64,000 nucleotides of DNA from Rikenellaceae bacterium (GCA_039683455.1 JBDKRJ010000020.1:190278-254277), one strand, 5' to 3'. Counted from the first letter of the stretch, positions 36,345 through 46,884 are shown. Program-made: numbers and translations. The notes: generated from the sequence alone by a model not told the origin.

Positions 36345-37394
36345 TTATTTTTTTCTCTCCGGTCTTAGACTTCTTACGGCTTCGCCGGTTGTCCACATTT
36401 CGCTCTCACGCATCTCCTTCAATTCCTGATCAAGCTTTTCTCTGTAGTCAGGTTTACTGTTCGAATCGATTGATAGTTGCGCTTCGTTTCCTGCCTTTAC
36501 TTCTGAATAAAGCTTTCTGAAAACAGGCAATGAAGCATCCCTGAATCTTTTCCACCAGTCCAGTGCACCTCGTTGTGCAGTTGTGGAGCAGTTTGCATAC
36601 ATCCAATCCATACCATTCTCTGCCACAAGCGGCATCAAACTCTGAGTGAGTTCCTCTACTGTTTCGTTAAATGCTTCTGATGGGGAATGTCCGTTTTCAC
36701 GCAAGGTATCATACTGTGCTGCAAAAATTCCCTGAATTGCACCCATAAGTGTTCCTCTCTCCCCTGTTAAATCTGAATAGACCTCTTTTTTGAATGTGGT
36801 TTCAAACAGATATCCGGAACCAATTCCCACACCAAGAGCTATTACCCTTTCAAACGCTTTTCCTGTTGCATCCTGATATACCGCATAGCTCGAATTTAAA
36901 CCACGTCCTTCAAGGAACAACCTTCTGAGTGAAGTACCGGAACCTTTGGGTGCAACAAGTATTACGTCAACATCTTTTGGCGGCACTATACCTGTCCTTT
37001 CGCTGTAAGTGATGGCAAATCCATGAGAGAAATACAGTGCCTTACCGGCAGTCAGGTGTTTTTTCACCTCAGGCCAAAGCAATATCTGTCCTGCATCAGA
37101 AAGCAGATATTGTATGATTGTACCTCTTTTGCAAGCCTCGTCAATATCAAAAAGAGTTTTCCCAGGAACCCATCCGTCGGCCACTGCTTTATCCCATGTT
37201 TTTGAATCTTTACGCTGTCCCACAATTACGTTGAATCCATTATCATGCAGGTTAAGCGCCTGCCCCGGACCTTGCACCCCGTATCCGATTATTGCTATCG
37301 TCTCATTTCTAAGGGTTTTTACTGCTTTAGCGAGTGGAAATTCATCACGTGTGACTACGTTTTCTTCAACTCCGCCGAAATTCATTTTTGCCAT
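36345..37394 (-). CDS. ilvC: Ketol-acid reductoisomerase
   Basis: 349-aa ORF with a Rossmann motif (IIGYGVQGPGQALNL) and a conserved knotted-domain sequence (..MDWMYANCSTTA..). Confidence 0.95.
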   Translation of the reverse strand: MAKMNFGGVEENVVTRDEFPLAKAVKTLRNETIAIIGYGVQGPGQALNLHDNGFNVIVGQRKDSKTWDKAVADGWVPGKTLFDIDEACKRGTIIQYLLSDAGQILLWPEVKKHLTAGKALYFSHGFAITYSERTGIVPPKDVDVILVAPKGSGTSLRRLFLEGRGLNSSYAVYQDATGKAFERVIALGVGIGSGYLFETTFKKEVYSDLTGERGTLMGAIQGIFAAQYDTLRENGHSPSEAFNETVEELTQSLMPLVAENGMDWMYANCSTTAQRGALDWWKRFRDASLPVFRKLYSEVKAGNEAQLSIDSNSKPDYREKLDQELKEMRESEMWTTGEAVRSLRPERKK

Positions 37395-37421
37395 AATTTT
37401 GATGTTTATAAGTTTAATAAT

Positions 37422-37940
37422 TTATGATACTTTTTGAAATATGTTTTCTATTGATTCTCTGTGTAACACAACAATACCTGATCTTGAATAACATGTAAGA
37501 ACATTTTTTTTCTCCAGCTCTTCCTTAAGCTTTTCAAGCTCCATCCTTGTTCCCGATTTTTCCATGATAATATACTCGTTGTTAATCTCAATTATTCGTC
37601 CGTTGGAACGATTCAGAATATATTCAAAATAGCTCCTTTCGTCCAAAATGTCTGCTGCAATTTTATACAGGCCCAGTTCTTTGTATATCAAATCATCTTG
37701 CAGGTAATAATCAACATAAATAATGTCAATATTATTACTCAACTGGTTAACAATCTTATCAATAGTATCAACAGAAGTATTTGCAGAAATTACCACTGTA
37801 CTGATCCCTTTGATGAATGATTCCGACACGTTCAGAGACTCAATGTTTATGTGCCTCTTTAAATATGAAGAAGTGATTCTGTTTAGAACAGATATCTGGT
37901 TATTTACAAAGGCTATCACTATGTACTCCGTTTGTTTCAT
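37422..37940 (-). CDS. ilvN: Acetolactate synthase small (regulatory) subunit
   Basis: 172-aa ORF with an ACT-domain-like N-terminus (IVIAFVNNQISVLNRITSSYLKRHINIESLNV), located between ilvB and ilvC. Confidence 0.8.
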   Translation of the reverse strand: MKQTEYIVIAFVNNQISVLNRITSSYLKRHINIESLNVSESFIKGISTVVISANTSVDTIDKIVNQLSNNIDIIYVDYYLQDDLIYKELGLYKIAADILDERSYFEYILNRSNGRIIEINNEYIIMEKSGTRMELEKLKEELEKKNVLTCYSRSGIVVLHRESIENIFQKVS

Positions 37941-37964
37941 AATAGTTTATTTTCATTTAAAAAG

Positions 37965-39662
37965 TTAATAAATAATGTCATCAAGAGAGGCTCCTGACGG
38001 AACCATAGGAAATACATTCTCCTCGCTATCTGAAATCACCTCCAGAAAATATGGTCCGTCACAGGCATACATCTCTTTTATTGCTTCCTTAAGTTCACCA
38101 TGTTTCACCACTCTTTTAGCAGGGATTTTATACGCTTCTGCAATTTTTAAAAAATCTGGATTTAGCATGCTGGTAAAAGAGTAACGACGATCAAAAAAAA
38201 GCTCCTGCCATTGACGAACCATCCCTAAAAAGGAATTATTAAGGACAACTATCTTCACCCCTATCTGCGACTGCATTATTGTTCCGAGTTCCTGTACAGA
38301 CATCTGGAAACCACCATCACCCAGTATCGCTACCACCTGACGTTCCGGCACTCCGAGTTTTGCCCCCATCGCGGCAGGAAGCCCATATCCCATTGTTCCG
38401 AGACCCCCGGAAGTTATCATGCTTCTCGTTTTTTTAAATTTTGAATATCGGGCGCTGAACATCTGGTTCTGGCCAACATCCGTAACAATGACAGCCTCCC
38501 CTTCCCCTGCTTTGGCTATTTCATCAACCACCTGAGCCATGCTGATTGGACCATCCCTTGCCTCCAATAATCTATTTATCACAGACGAATTCTCCAACTC
38601 CCATTTTTCTTTGGCAAAATTCATCCACTCTGTGCGATCCTTATACTCAACCCCCCCAATCAATTGCTCCAGAATTACACGTGCATCGCCCAAAACAGGC
38701 AGATCTGCCTTAACCACCTTATTTAACTCGGCCTTATCTATATCTATATGAATAATTTTAGCATTTGGTGCATATTTTGACACATCTCCGGTTACCCTGT
38801 CGCTGAATCGCATTCCAACGGCAATTATAAGATCGCTGGACTGAGTCATCATATTAGGAGCCAGATTTCCGTGCATACCAACATTCCCTGCAAAAAGCGG
38901 ATGGAAACTGGGAACAGCGGAGAGGCCCATAAGGGTAGATGCTATTGGTATGTTCCCTCTAACGGCCAGCTCAACAACCTCCTTTTCTGCACCCGAGAGA
39001 ATTACACCCTGCCCGACTATCAGTAACGGTTTCTCCGAAAGATTAATCATCTCTTTTACCTTATCAATAAGAGAATCTTTAACATTATTCTTCTTACTAC
39101 GTTCTAATAACTCGACAGGCTTATGAAAAGAGTATGCAAAATCTGCAAATTCTACCTGAGCATTTTTTGTAAAGCTTATAAGTACCGGTCCCGGCCTTCC
39201 GGCTCTGGCAATATAAAAGGCTTTGGCAATGATACTGGCAATTTCACCTGACTTTGTTATCTGGTAACTCCACTTTGTAACCGGTATTGTAATACTTATC
39301 ATATCTGCCTCCTGAAAGAAATCGGTCCCCAGTTTATCGAGAGTAACCTGGGCAGTTATACAGACCAGAGGAGTAGAATCGAGCATCGCATCTGCTATTC
39401 CTGTAACCATGTTTGTGGCTCCGGGCCCGGATGTTGCAAAACAGACACCCACCTTTCCTGTCGCCCTTGCATATCCCTCAGCAGCATGAACAGCTCCCTG
39501 CTCATGTCTTACCAATATATGGTTAAATTTGCTCTTGTAGTTATCGTTATAAAGCTCATCATAAATGGGTATTATTGTACCTCCCGGGTAGCCGAATATG
39601 GTATCAACCCCCTCCTCCAGCAAGGATAATAATAAAGCCTCTGTACCTCTTACATTTTTCAT
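37965..39662 (-). CDS. ilvB: Acetolactate synthase large (catalytic) subunit
   Basis: The ATG at 39662 (MKNVRGTEAL..) is the likely start because the track start is a TTG. It has the ThDP-enzyme N-terminus (GVDTIFGYPGG) and the ThDP-binding motif (ILGDGGFQM...LNN). Confidence 0.95.
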   Translation of the reverse strand: MKNVRGTEALLLSLLEEGVDTIFGYPGGTIIPIYDELYNDNYKSKFNHILVRHEQGAVHAAEGYARATGKVGVCFATSGPGATNMVTGIADAMLDSTPLVCITAQVTLDKLGTDFFQEADMISITIPVTKWSYQITKSGEIASIIAKAFYIARAGRPGPVLISFTKNAQVEFADFAYSFHKPVELLERSKKNNVKDSLIDKVKEMINLSEKPLLIVGQGVILSGAEKEVVELAVRGNIPIASTLMGLSAVPSFHPLFAGNVGMHGNLAPNMMTQSSDLIIAVGMRFSDRVTGDVSKYAPNAKIIHIDIDKAELNKVVKADLPVLGDARVILEQLIGGVEYKDRTEWMNFAKEKWELENSSVINRLLEARDGPISMAQVVDEIAKAGEGEAVIVTDVGQNQMFSARYSKFKKTRSMITSGGLGTMGYGLPAAMGAKLGVPERQVVAILGDGGFQMSVQELGTIMQSQIGVKIVVLNNSFLGMVRQWQELFFDRRYSFTSMLNPDFLKIAEAYKIPAKRVVKHGELKEAIKEMYACDGPYFLEVISDSEENVFPMVPSGASLDDIIY

Positions 39663-39692
39663 CCGTAAATAAATTAATTTCAACTATTGACT

Positions 39693-41519
39693 CTATTCAA
39701 CGATTCTGACACCACCTTTATCTGCAGATGATACCATGGCAGCATAGGCTTTAAGTGCATTACTGATAATTCGTTCTCTCTTCAGAGGTCTGAATGCTTT
39801 GTTTCCTTTTTGGAGCATTTTGCACCTGCGAGATTCAAGAATTTCCTCGGTCACATCTATGTAAATTTTTCTGTCGGGAATATTTATTAGTATCTTATCA
39901 CCATTTTCAATTAATGCAATGTTTCCTCCTGCTGCAGCCTCAGGAGATACATGACCTATGGACAAACCAGACGTTCCTCCTGAAAATCTGCCATCGGTTA
40001 TAAGTGCGCAAACCTTGTCCAGTTTTACAGACTTAAGGTAAGATGTAGGATAAAGCATCTCCTGCATCCCCGGACCCCCTTTCGGCCCCTCATAACGGAT
40101 AATAATAACATCACCAGCAATAACTTCTCCTTTCAGAATTCCGTCAGAAGCATCTTCCTGCGATTCATAAACCCTTGCTTTTCCCTCAAACTTAAGAACG
40201 GAGGAGTCAACACCTGCTGTCTTTACAATGCAGCCGTCAACAGCCAGATTCCCAAATAATACAGCCAATCCTCCATCTTTTGAATAGGCATGTTCACAAT
40301 CTCTCACACAACCCGTCTCATAATCTTTATCCAGAATCTGATAGTAACTCCCCTGAGACCCGAGTACAAGATTTTTAACTCTTCCTGGAGCTGAGAGATA
40401 TCTGCGAATGGCCTCCCAGGATACACTACTGTTCATTATGTCATTGTGGATAATTGCATCACCTAATGTTTGATAATCTACTCTTGGCACATCCGGATTA
40501 ATAAAACCAGATCTGTCCAATTCACCCAGAATTCTCATCACTCCTCCAGCTCTGTTCACATCCTGCATATGATATTTTCCGTTGGGTGAAACCTTGCATA
40601 ATACGGGAATCTTTCTTGAGAGCAAATCAATATCATTTAACGTAAAGTCAACTTCTGCCTCATGCGCAATTGCCAGCAGATGAAGAACGGTATTGGTAGA
40701 TCCCCCCATGGCAATATCGAGGGACATGGCGTTGACAAATGACTCTTTTGTTGCTACAGACCTTGGCAAAACCTTGTCATTTCCTTCAAAGTAGTACGCC
40801 TTTGCATTATTGACTATCAGCTTTGAAGCCTCCTGAAACATTTTTTTTCTGTTTGCGTGCGTTGCAAGGAGGGTCCCGTTTCCAGGAAGAGCCAGCCCCA
40901 GAGCTTCCGTAAGACAATTCATTGAATTTGCAGTAAACATTCCGGAACAGCATCCGCAGGTAGGGCATGCATTCATTTCAAATTGCTCAATTTCCTTCTC
41001 ACTGATTCTTTCGTCTGCCCCCTTTACCATCACATCAATAAGATCGCAGTCATTACCGTCAATATTACCTGCCTCCATAGGTCCGCCCGACACAAAAACA
41101 GCAGGGATGTTCAGCCTCATTGCAGCCATCAGCATTCCAGGAGTAATTTTGTCACAATTTGTAACACATATCATTGCGTCTGCCTTGTGTGCATTACACA
41201 TATATTCGACACTGTCTGCAATAAGTTCACGTGAGGGAAGCGAATATAGCATACCGTCATGCCCCATGGCTATACCGTCGTCAATGGCGATGGTATTGAA
41301 TTCTGCAGCAAAGCAGCCCTCATTTTCAATAAAGTTCTTGATTTCCTGGCCGATTGATTTCAGGTGCATATGACCGGGCACAAATTGTGTAAACGAATTG
41401 ACAACAGCAATAACCGGTTTTCCAAAGTGCTGCTCCTTCATTCCGTTAGCTCTCCAAAGGCTTCTTGCCCCGGCCATTTTCCTTCCTGTGGTTGTCTGAT
41501 TGCTTCTAAGTGGATTCAT
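39693..41519 (-). CDS. ilvD: Dihydroxy-acid dehydratase
   Basis: 608-aa ORF. It shows [37 protein letters not shown] (Fe-S ligand region) and TDGRFSGGT. Confidence 0.95.
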   Translation of the reverse strand: MNPLRSNQTTTGRKMAGARSLWRANGMKEQHFGKPVIAVVNSFTQFVPGHMHLKSIGQEIKNFIENEGCFAAEFNTIAIDDGIAMGHDGMLYSLPSRELIADSVEYMCNAHKADAMICVTNCDKITPGMLMAAMRLNIPAVFVSGGPMEAGNIDGNDCDLIDVMVKGADERISEKEIEQFEMNACPTCGCCSGMFTANSMNCLTEALGLALPGNGTLLATHANRKKMFQEASKLIVNNAKAYYFEGNDKVLPRSVATKESFVNAMSLDIAMGGSTNTVLHLLAIAHEAEVDFTLNDIDLLSRKIPVLCKVSPNGKYHMQDVNRAGGVMRILGELDRSGFINPDVPRVDYQTLGDAIIHNDIMNSSVSWEAIRRYLSAPGRVKNLVLGSQGSYYQILDKDYETGCVRDCEHAYSKDGGLAVLFGNLAVDGCIVKTAGVDSSVLKFEGKARVYESQEDASDGILKGEVIAGDVIIIRYEGPKGGPGMQEMLYPTSYLKSVKLDKVCALITDGRFSGGTSGLSIGHVSPEAAAGGNIALIENGDKILINIPDRKIYIDVTEEILESRRCKMLQKGNKAFRPLKRERIISNALKAYAAMVSSADKGGVRIVE

Positions 41520-41545
41520 ATTTATTTTATTTTTTAAACATATAC

Positions 41546-41591
41546 AAAAAAAAAATTGCCCGCTTTTACAGGATCCTGTTTAAGCGGGCAA
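41546..41591 (-). terminator. Attenuator terminator in the ilv leader
   Basis: The minus-strand RNA reads UUGCCCGCUU-AA-ACAG-GAUC-CUGU-AA-AAGCGGGCAA followed by U10 (plus-strand A-run 41546..41555). It ends 26 nt upstream of the ilvD ATG. Confidence 0.75.
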
Positions 41592-41623
41592 TAATTTTAT
41601 ATTTTTTGGCTGTAAACGGGATC

Positions 41624-41689
41624 CTATATCAAGGGCACAATAATTATAATTGAATTAATGACTAAGACAAATCCCCAGAACAATAGCAT
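41624..41689 (-). CDS. Candidate ilv leader peptide (21 aa, 13 branched-chain residues)
   Basis: ATG CTA TTG TTC TGG GGA TTT GTC TTA GTC ATT AAT TCA ATT ATA ATT ATT GTG CCC TTG ATA TAG translates to MLLFWGFVLVINSIIIIVPLI*. The stop abuts a segment able to pair with the 5' arm of the terminator. Confidence 0.6.
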   Translation of the reverse strand: MLLFWGFVLVINSIIIIVPLI

Positions 41690-41700
41690 GTGATTATTAC

Positions 41701-41708
41701 CAAACTTA
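41701..41708 (-). promoter_or_regulatory. Putative -7 promoter box for the ilv leader
   Basis: The minus strand reads TAAGTTTG, matching TAnnTTTG, with 11 nt between the box and the leader-peptide ATG. No convincing -33 TTTG occurs at canonical spacing. Confidence 0.35.
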
Positions 41709-41944
41709 CATATTGAAACCTCTGTTGAGCTATCAAACAGAGAAAGACCCGACGAGCCATTAAAATGATTACCCCTTATTTTCAAGAGGTTACGCTGGTC
41801 TATCGTCTTTTTTGCTATCACTGTAAAGTGTTTCTATGTTTATGACAGGGCAAAAGTAAAAAAAAATATAACAAATCAACACATTTTTTAAAAAAAGAAA
41901 CAATTTCTTCTAATCGTTGTTAATTATAATAATCAAAAAAAATT

Positions 41945-42163
41945 ATGAAAAAGAACATGGGTACTATTGACAAGTGGATCAGGATACTGGTTGCCGTCGC
42001 CGTTCTTGTATTGTACTTAGCTAGTGTGATTTCCGGAACACTGGCAATTGTACTGCTTATTATTGCAGGAGTTTTTTTGCTAACAAGTCTCTTCGGTTTT
42101 TGCCCTCTTTATGCGCCGTTTGGTATAAGTACAATCGGTAAGAAAGAGAAAAAATCTTTATAA
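41945..42163 (+). CDS. DUF2892 (YgaP-like) small membrane protein
   Basis: 72-aa ORF with DKWIRILVAVAVL.., two TM helices and ..FGFCPLY, typical of DUF2892. Confidence 0.75.
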   Translation: MKKNMGTIDKWIRILVAVAVLVLYLASVISGTLAIVLLIIAGVFLLTSLFGFCPLYAPFGISTIGKKEKKSL

Positions 42164-42364
42164 TTGTAGAAATAATTAAGGTTCTAAAGGATTCGTCAGT
42201 AATTGGCTGTAAAACAGTCATATGAGAGGCCAGAAAATATTTGGGAAGGTCTCTTGTCCCCTTATGGAGTTACACAATGCAAACCAGACATATTTTACCA
42301 GTAAAGTTAATACAGGTTATAACCGTACCTGTAAATTTATACCTTTGATAAAAATTTATTTGAT

Positions 42365-43417
42365 ATGAAAGACAAATTAGTTATGTTGACTCTTTGTTGT
42401 GTTTTTCTTGGGAGGCCAGTAGCCGCACAACCTGCAAAACCGGTAACACCTTTAATCGGACTGGATAATTATACTATACCTACAAACCAGAAAGGTGCAT
42501 TGGTAGGCAAAGTATTATCCGCCAATGGCAAAAAACAGAGCATGATTTCGCTCGTTAAAGACACCTCAAACATATTCAGCCTAAATGGAAAAGGGGTGCT
42601 ATCATTAAAAAAGAGTGTGCAACTCTCACCCACTTCCCCTGTTTTTCGTTATGGCATCACTATTAAGGTAGATGAACAGACTAAAGATTTTGAACTGGTT
42701 AAAGATCAGTTTATAAAGAATGCTGTAGTTGCCCATCGCGGTGCATGGAAAAAAAATAATTATAGCCAGAACTCTTTGAGTTCACTGAAAAATGCTTTTG
42801 CCTTGGGATGTCATGCTTCTGAGTGTGATGTGTGGATGTCGAAGGACGGCGAAATTATTGTTTGTCACGATCCTGAAATTGGCGGTAAGGTTATTGAACA
42901 AACGAGTGCATCTGAATTGACTAAAATTGCCCTTAAAAACAACGACTTTGTACCTACTCTAAAAGAATACCTGCTCACACTAAAAGATCAGAACAAAACC
43001 CGTCTGTTTCTGGAGATAAAATCCTCTCTGTTAAGCCAGGAGAGAACTCTGGAGCTGACTGAAAAGGTAGTCAATATGGTGCACGAACTCAAAGCACAAG
43101 GCTGGGTCAATTATATCAGCTTCAACTTTGGTTGCCTCGTCAGAGTTATGGAACTGGATCCTGCGGCAAAAACAGCCTATGTGAGTGACGACAAAACAGT
43201 GAAGGAAATTGCAGATGCCAAAATGTGGAGTATAGACTTCAACGGCAAAATGTTTAAGACAGATCCAACACTCGTTAAGCAAGCTCACGACCGCGGACTG
43301 GTTGTGAATGTCTGGACCATAAACGATCCTGTGGAAATGAAAGCCCTGCTTGATCTTGGGGTAGATGTTATCACCACCAATGAGCCGGAAATTCTGCTGG
43401 AGCTGGTGAAACGCTAA
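42365..43417 (+). CDS. Glycerophosphodiester phosphodiesterase-family protein, secreted
   Basis: 350-aa ORF with a signal peptide and an N-terminal extra domain of about 115 aa. GDPD motifs follow: [37 protein letters not shown]. Confidence 0.8.
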   Translation: MKDKLVMLTLCCVFLGRPVAAQPAKPVTPLIGLDNYTIPTNQKGALVGKVLSANGKKQSMISLVKDTSNIFSLNGKGVLSLKKSVQLSPTSPVFRYGITIKVDEQTKDFELVKDQFIKNAVVAHRGAWKKNNYSQNSLSSLKNAFALGCHASECDVWMSKDGEIIVCHDPEIGGKVIEQTSASELTKIALKNNDFVPTLKEYLLTLKDQNKTRLFLEIKSSLLSQERTLELTEKVVNMVHELKAQGWVNYISFNFGCLVRVMELDPAAKTAYVSDDKTVKEIADAKMWSIDFNGKMFKTDPTLVKQAHDRGLVVNVWTINDPVEMKALLDLGVDVITTNEPEILLELVKR

Positions 43418-43567
43418 AGCGGTTACTGCGCTGCACGCTCTTCAACAGTTTGTACGCCGCTGTTTTAGGTATATTCTTGAATCACATGTGATTTTAAATT
43501 TTCTCTCTTACTACTAGTTGCATGAAAATTCAGAGTTAATATTTTAACTATACTTGAACGAAAAAAT

Positions 43568-44152
43568 ATGAAAAAATCAATCTATCAGATTCAAATTGCT
43601 TTAAAAGGGTCTAAACCAAAGATCTGGAGGAGAATATTAGTTCCTTCGGATTTGTTATTGCCAGATCTACACAAGATCATTCAAACTACAATGGGATGGA
43701 CAAATTCCCATCTACATCAATTTATTAAAGACAGAACGTTCTACACTGTAAAAATGCGAGGTGACGATTTTTGGGATGAGTTGAACAATGTAGATTATAA
43801 AAAAATTAAAATATCCGATTTGTTGAAAGAGGAAAAAGAAAAGATTGTTTACGAATACGACTTCGGTGATGGTTGGGAACATGATTTATTATTAGAAAAA
43901 ATTCTTCCTGTTGATGAAAAATTGAACTATCCAGTTTGTTTGGCTGGCAAGATGAACTGTCCTCCAGAAGATTGTGGTGGAGTATGGGGTTATTCAGATA
44001 TGTTGGAAATATTAAAACAACCTGACCATGAAGAATATGACAGCTATAATGATTGGTTAGGAGAGGATTTTGACCCTGAGCATTTTGATAAAGATAATGT
44101 GAATGCAATGTTAAGGACAAAAGGTTACGGATGCATATCGTTGCTTGATTAA
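43568..44152 (+). CDS. pRiA4b ORF-3-like (IS-passenger type) protein
   Basis: 194-aa ORF. IYQIQIALKGSKPKIWRRILVPSDLLLPDLHKIIQTTMGWTNSHLHQF and later YEYDFGDGWEH..CPPEDCGG are the hallmark blocks of this family. Confidence 0.8.
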   Translation: MKKSIYQIQIALKGSKPKIWRRILVPSDLLLPDLHKIIQTTMGWTNSHLHQFIKDRTFYTVKMRGDDFWDELNNVDYKKIKISDLLKEEKEKIVYEYDFGDGWEHDLLLEKILPVDEKLNYPVCLAGKMNCPPEDCGGVWGYSDMLEILKQPDHEEYDSYNDWLGEDFDPEHFDKDNVNAMLRTKGYGCISLLD

Positions 44153-44243
44153 ATCTTTATAATACAACTACTTACGATATAAAACTGCATTCATGCCAAG
44201 GCACGCAATGCAATCCACAGTTGAGTTTACTAACGAATACGTT

Positions 44244-44408
44244 TCAAGCTTCTGGCCAGCATGACAGTGCATTGGTATTGGAATCTCCCTCTTCTTGAGT
44301 AGATTTTATCAGCTCCATCTCTCGAAGATACTTCTTTACAGTATTTTTACTTAATGACAAATTCCTTGCAATGGTCTTAATCTTAACTCCCCTCGGCCAG
44401 ATAGTCCT
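44244..44408 (-). mobile_element. 5'-truncated transposase-type HTH remnant (IS21-like)
   Basis: The minus-strand frame is open only from 44408, after a TAG, and has no start codon. It reads ..GVKIKTIARNLSLSKNTVKKYLREMELIKSTQEEGDSNTNALSCWPEA*. The block IARNLSLSKNTVKKYL resembles the N-terminal HTH of IS21-family IstA transposases. It overlaps the last codons of the thrC-like gene in another frame. Confidence 0.45.
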
Positions 44409-45591
44409 CTACATCTTTCAACTCTACAAATGACTCATTGAACTTATGATATTGCAGAACCTCGGAATCTTTTAATCCGGAGCCCGTAAGAATCATCACG
44501 ACTGAAGCGGTTCTTGCAATTTTCCCTTGCTCCCTTAGTTTTTTTATTGCAAAAAGTGAGGTTGCCGATGCCGGTTCAACAAAATACCCCGACTTCGCCA
44601 AACGTCTTTGAGATTCAATAATCTCATCCTCGGTAACACTCTCTGCCAGCCAATCATATTTGTAAGTCTTATATATGATTTCATTACCTCCCAGAGGATT
44701 CCCTGTTGTAATGGCTTCGGCAACTGTATGAAAATCCGAAAAAGGAATAATCTTTCTCTTTCCCCCCTTTATGGCACTTACAATGGGACTGTTATTCTGA
44801 GCCTGAACTACTATCATTTTGGGAATTTTACTAATAATTCCTGCCTGTTTCAGCTCTTTATAACCCTTGAATACTCCTCTGATATGTCCGCATGCCGATG
44901 TTGGAATTGCGATATAATCCGGTACCTCTTTGTTCATCTGTTCATACATCTCAAAAGAGGTCATTTTGTAACCCTCAACACGAATTGGTCCATTCCCCGA
45001 CACAATCCTCAGATTTAGTTTTTTAGCCAGACTCAGTATCTGCTTCTTCATCTCCGAGTAATCAGGAGCAATAATTTTCATTACAGTTGCTCCATGAATC
45101 CCCATCGCCATAACCTTCTCTTTAGGTGTGAATTCAGGCACAAAAACTATTATGTTTATACCCGCTTTTGCCCCATAGGCAGAGAGAGAGCATCCCATGT
45201 TACCGGTAGAAATTGTCGCGCTGACAGACTCCCCCATCTCCTTTGCCATTGCTACACAAGCCAGCGAGCCTCTGTCCTTAAAACTCCAGGTGGGGTTCTG
45301 AGTCTCGTTTTTAAGAAAGAGATTGTCCAGCCCTGCAAATTCAAGAAGCTTTTTGTCGGCCCTGATGAGTGCCGTGTTTCCCTCGCCCAGCGAAATAGAT
45401 TCATCTATTACTGAAAAAGGGAGAAAGTCGGCAAACCTCTCCCATAAAAACTTTCCGGTCTTGATTTTAGCATAATCTATCCCGTCTATATGAACTTCCA
45501 AAGATTCTCCGTTCTCAGCAAATTCTTCTATCCTCTCAAAAGGGTACCCGAGATTTGTTAGTGTAGATACAAGCTTAATCCCGCTTTTCAT
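44383..45591 (-). CDS. Threonine synthase-like PLP-dependent enzyme
   Basis: 402-aa ORF with the fold-type II PLP lysine motif (NPTWSFKDRGS), STGNMG, and overall threonine-synthase length and order. It is not part of a thr operon here. Confidence 0.75.
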   Translation of the reverse strand: MKSGIKLVSTLTNLGYPFERIEEFAENGESLEVHIDGIDYAKIKTGKFLWERFADFLPFSVIDESISLGEGNTALIRADKKLLEFAGLDNLFLKNETQNPTWSFKDRGSLACVAMAKEMGESVSATISTGNMGCSLSAYGAKAGINIIVFVPEFTPKEKVMAMGIHGATVMKIIAPDYSEMKKQILSLAKKLNLRIVSGNGPIRVEGYKMTSFEMYEQMNKEVPDYIAIPTSACGHIRGVFKGYKELKQAGIISKIPKMIVVQAQNNSPIVSAIKGGKRKIIPFSDFHTVAEAITTGNPLGGNEIIYKTYKYDWLAESVTEDEIIESQRRLAKSGYFVEPASATSLFAIKKLREQGKIARTASVVMILTGSGLKDSEVLQYHKFNESFVELKDVEDYLAEGS

Positions 45592-45723
45592 CCGTGTTTA
45601 TGTTTATCAAATATACGAATTAATTCCCCCGGTTTTGTAGTTACACAGTTAACAAAATAATAATTTTTTCTACACAATCCCGTAATCTTTGAGAGATATA
45701 TTTGTCTTCCAAAACATGGCAAA

Positions 45724-46788
45724 ATGAGAACAAAAAAAGGTATCATCAGCATACTACTATTTATAATAATATTACCATCGTTAAGTGCTCAGACAAGAGT
45801 GAGAAATATTATTTTCATGATCGGAGACGGCATGGGATTAAGTCAAATTCAAGCAGCACTTACAACACAAGGCTCTCTTAATGTACTAACTTTTCCATTC
45901 ACAGGCTTTGTCTCCACATTTTCTGCAAATGACTATAATACAGATTCCGCTGCAGCCGGAACAGCAATAAGCACAGGAGAAAAAACGAAAAACGGAATGT
46001 TAGGAATGAGTACAGATACAATTCCATTTGCTTCAATTATGGAAAATGCTCATATCATGGGATATGCTACAGGTATAGTCGTAACCTGTTCAATTACTCA
46101 CGCCACTCCGGCAGCTTTCTATGCACATCAGCCAAATCGGGAAATGGGCGAAGAGATTGCCAATGACCTGGTTAATTCCGGATTTGATCTGTTTATTGGT
46201 GGTGGTTCTAAGTATTTCAACAGGCGTAGTGATAATAAAGACTTAACAACGGAGCTAAAAACAAAAGGGTATAATATTGTATATGAACAATATAGCCTGG
46301 ACTCAATTGATTCTGGAAAAGTTGTTGCTCTTTTAGCAGATGATGCCCTTCCAAAAATTACTGAAGGAAGGGGCGAATATCTTTCAAATAATACAGAAAA
46401 GGCAATAAGCCTTCTGGAAAAAAAATCAGAGCTAGGTTTCTTTTTAATGATCGAAGGTTCCCAAATAGACTGGGGAGGTCATGCTAATGACAAACAATAT
46501 ACTATAGACGAGGTTATTGATTTTGATAACGCAGTAAAAGTTGCACTTGAATATGCAAAGAGGGATGGCAATACGTTAGTTATTGTCACTGCCGATCACG
46601 AAACGGGAGGAATGGTTCTTTTAGATGGAAATTATCAAAAAAAAGAGGTCGAAATTCACTATGCAACAAAGGGGCATACAGGAATACCTGTTCCGGTATT
46701 TGCCTTTGGCCCGGGAGCAGAAGAGTTTACAGGATATTTTGATAATACTGAATTCAAGCCAAAAATTGAAAGGTTGCTTAATTTTTAG
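45724..46788 (+). CDS. Alkaline phosphatase (short PhoA-type), secreted
   Basis: 354-aa ORF with a signal peptide, DGMG, the nucleophile region TDSAAAGTA, DWGGHAND, DHETGG and GHTG. Confidence 0.85.
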   Translation: MRTKKGIISILLFIIILPSLSAQTRVRNIIFMIGDGMGLSQIQAALTTQGSLNVLTFPFTGFVSTFSANDYNTDSAAAGTAISTGEKTKNGMLGMSTDTIPFASIMENAHIMGYATGIVVTCSITHATPAAFYAHQPNREMGEEIANDLVNSGFDLFIGGGSKYFNRRSDNKDLTTELKTKGYNIVYEQYSLDSIDSGKVVALLADDALPKITEGRGEYLSNNTEKAISLLEKKSELGFFLMIEGSQIDWGGHANDKQYTIDEVIDFDNAVKVALEYAKRDGNTLVIVTADHETGGMVLLDGNYQKKEVEIHYATKGHTGIPVPVFAFGPGAEEFTGYFDNTEFKPKIERLLNF

Positions 46789-46884
46789 TGATCCGGCATA
46801 ATATTATTGAAAATTTTAGCTTAATTTTGGTGAGTACCTGGGGACGCAGATTGTATCCCAATGTACTCACTAAACTTCAATATC

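Noticed and set aside
41624-41821. 65-aa ORF upstream of ilvD as a conventional protein gene
   Set aside because: Only the last 21 codons, from the internal ATG at 41689 just downstream of a TAnnTTTG box, make sense as a BCAA-rich leader peptide. The longer version would start upstream of the putative promoter and has no recognisable fold.
42164-42364. Possible riboswitch or sRNA upstream of the GDPD gene (hairpin TACAGGT-N9-ACCTGTA and an imperfect AGAGGCC/GGTCTCT pairing)
   Set aside because: The stems are only short and imperfect, and I recognise no conserved riboswitch core sequence.
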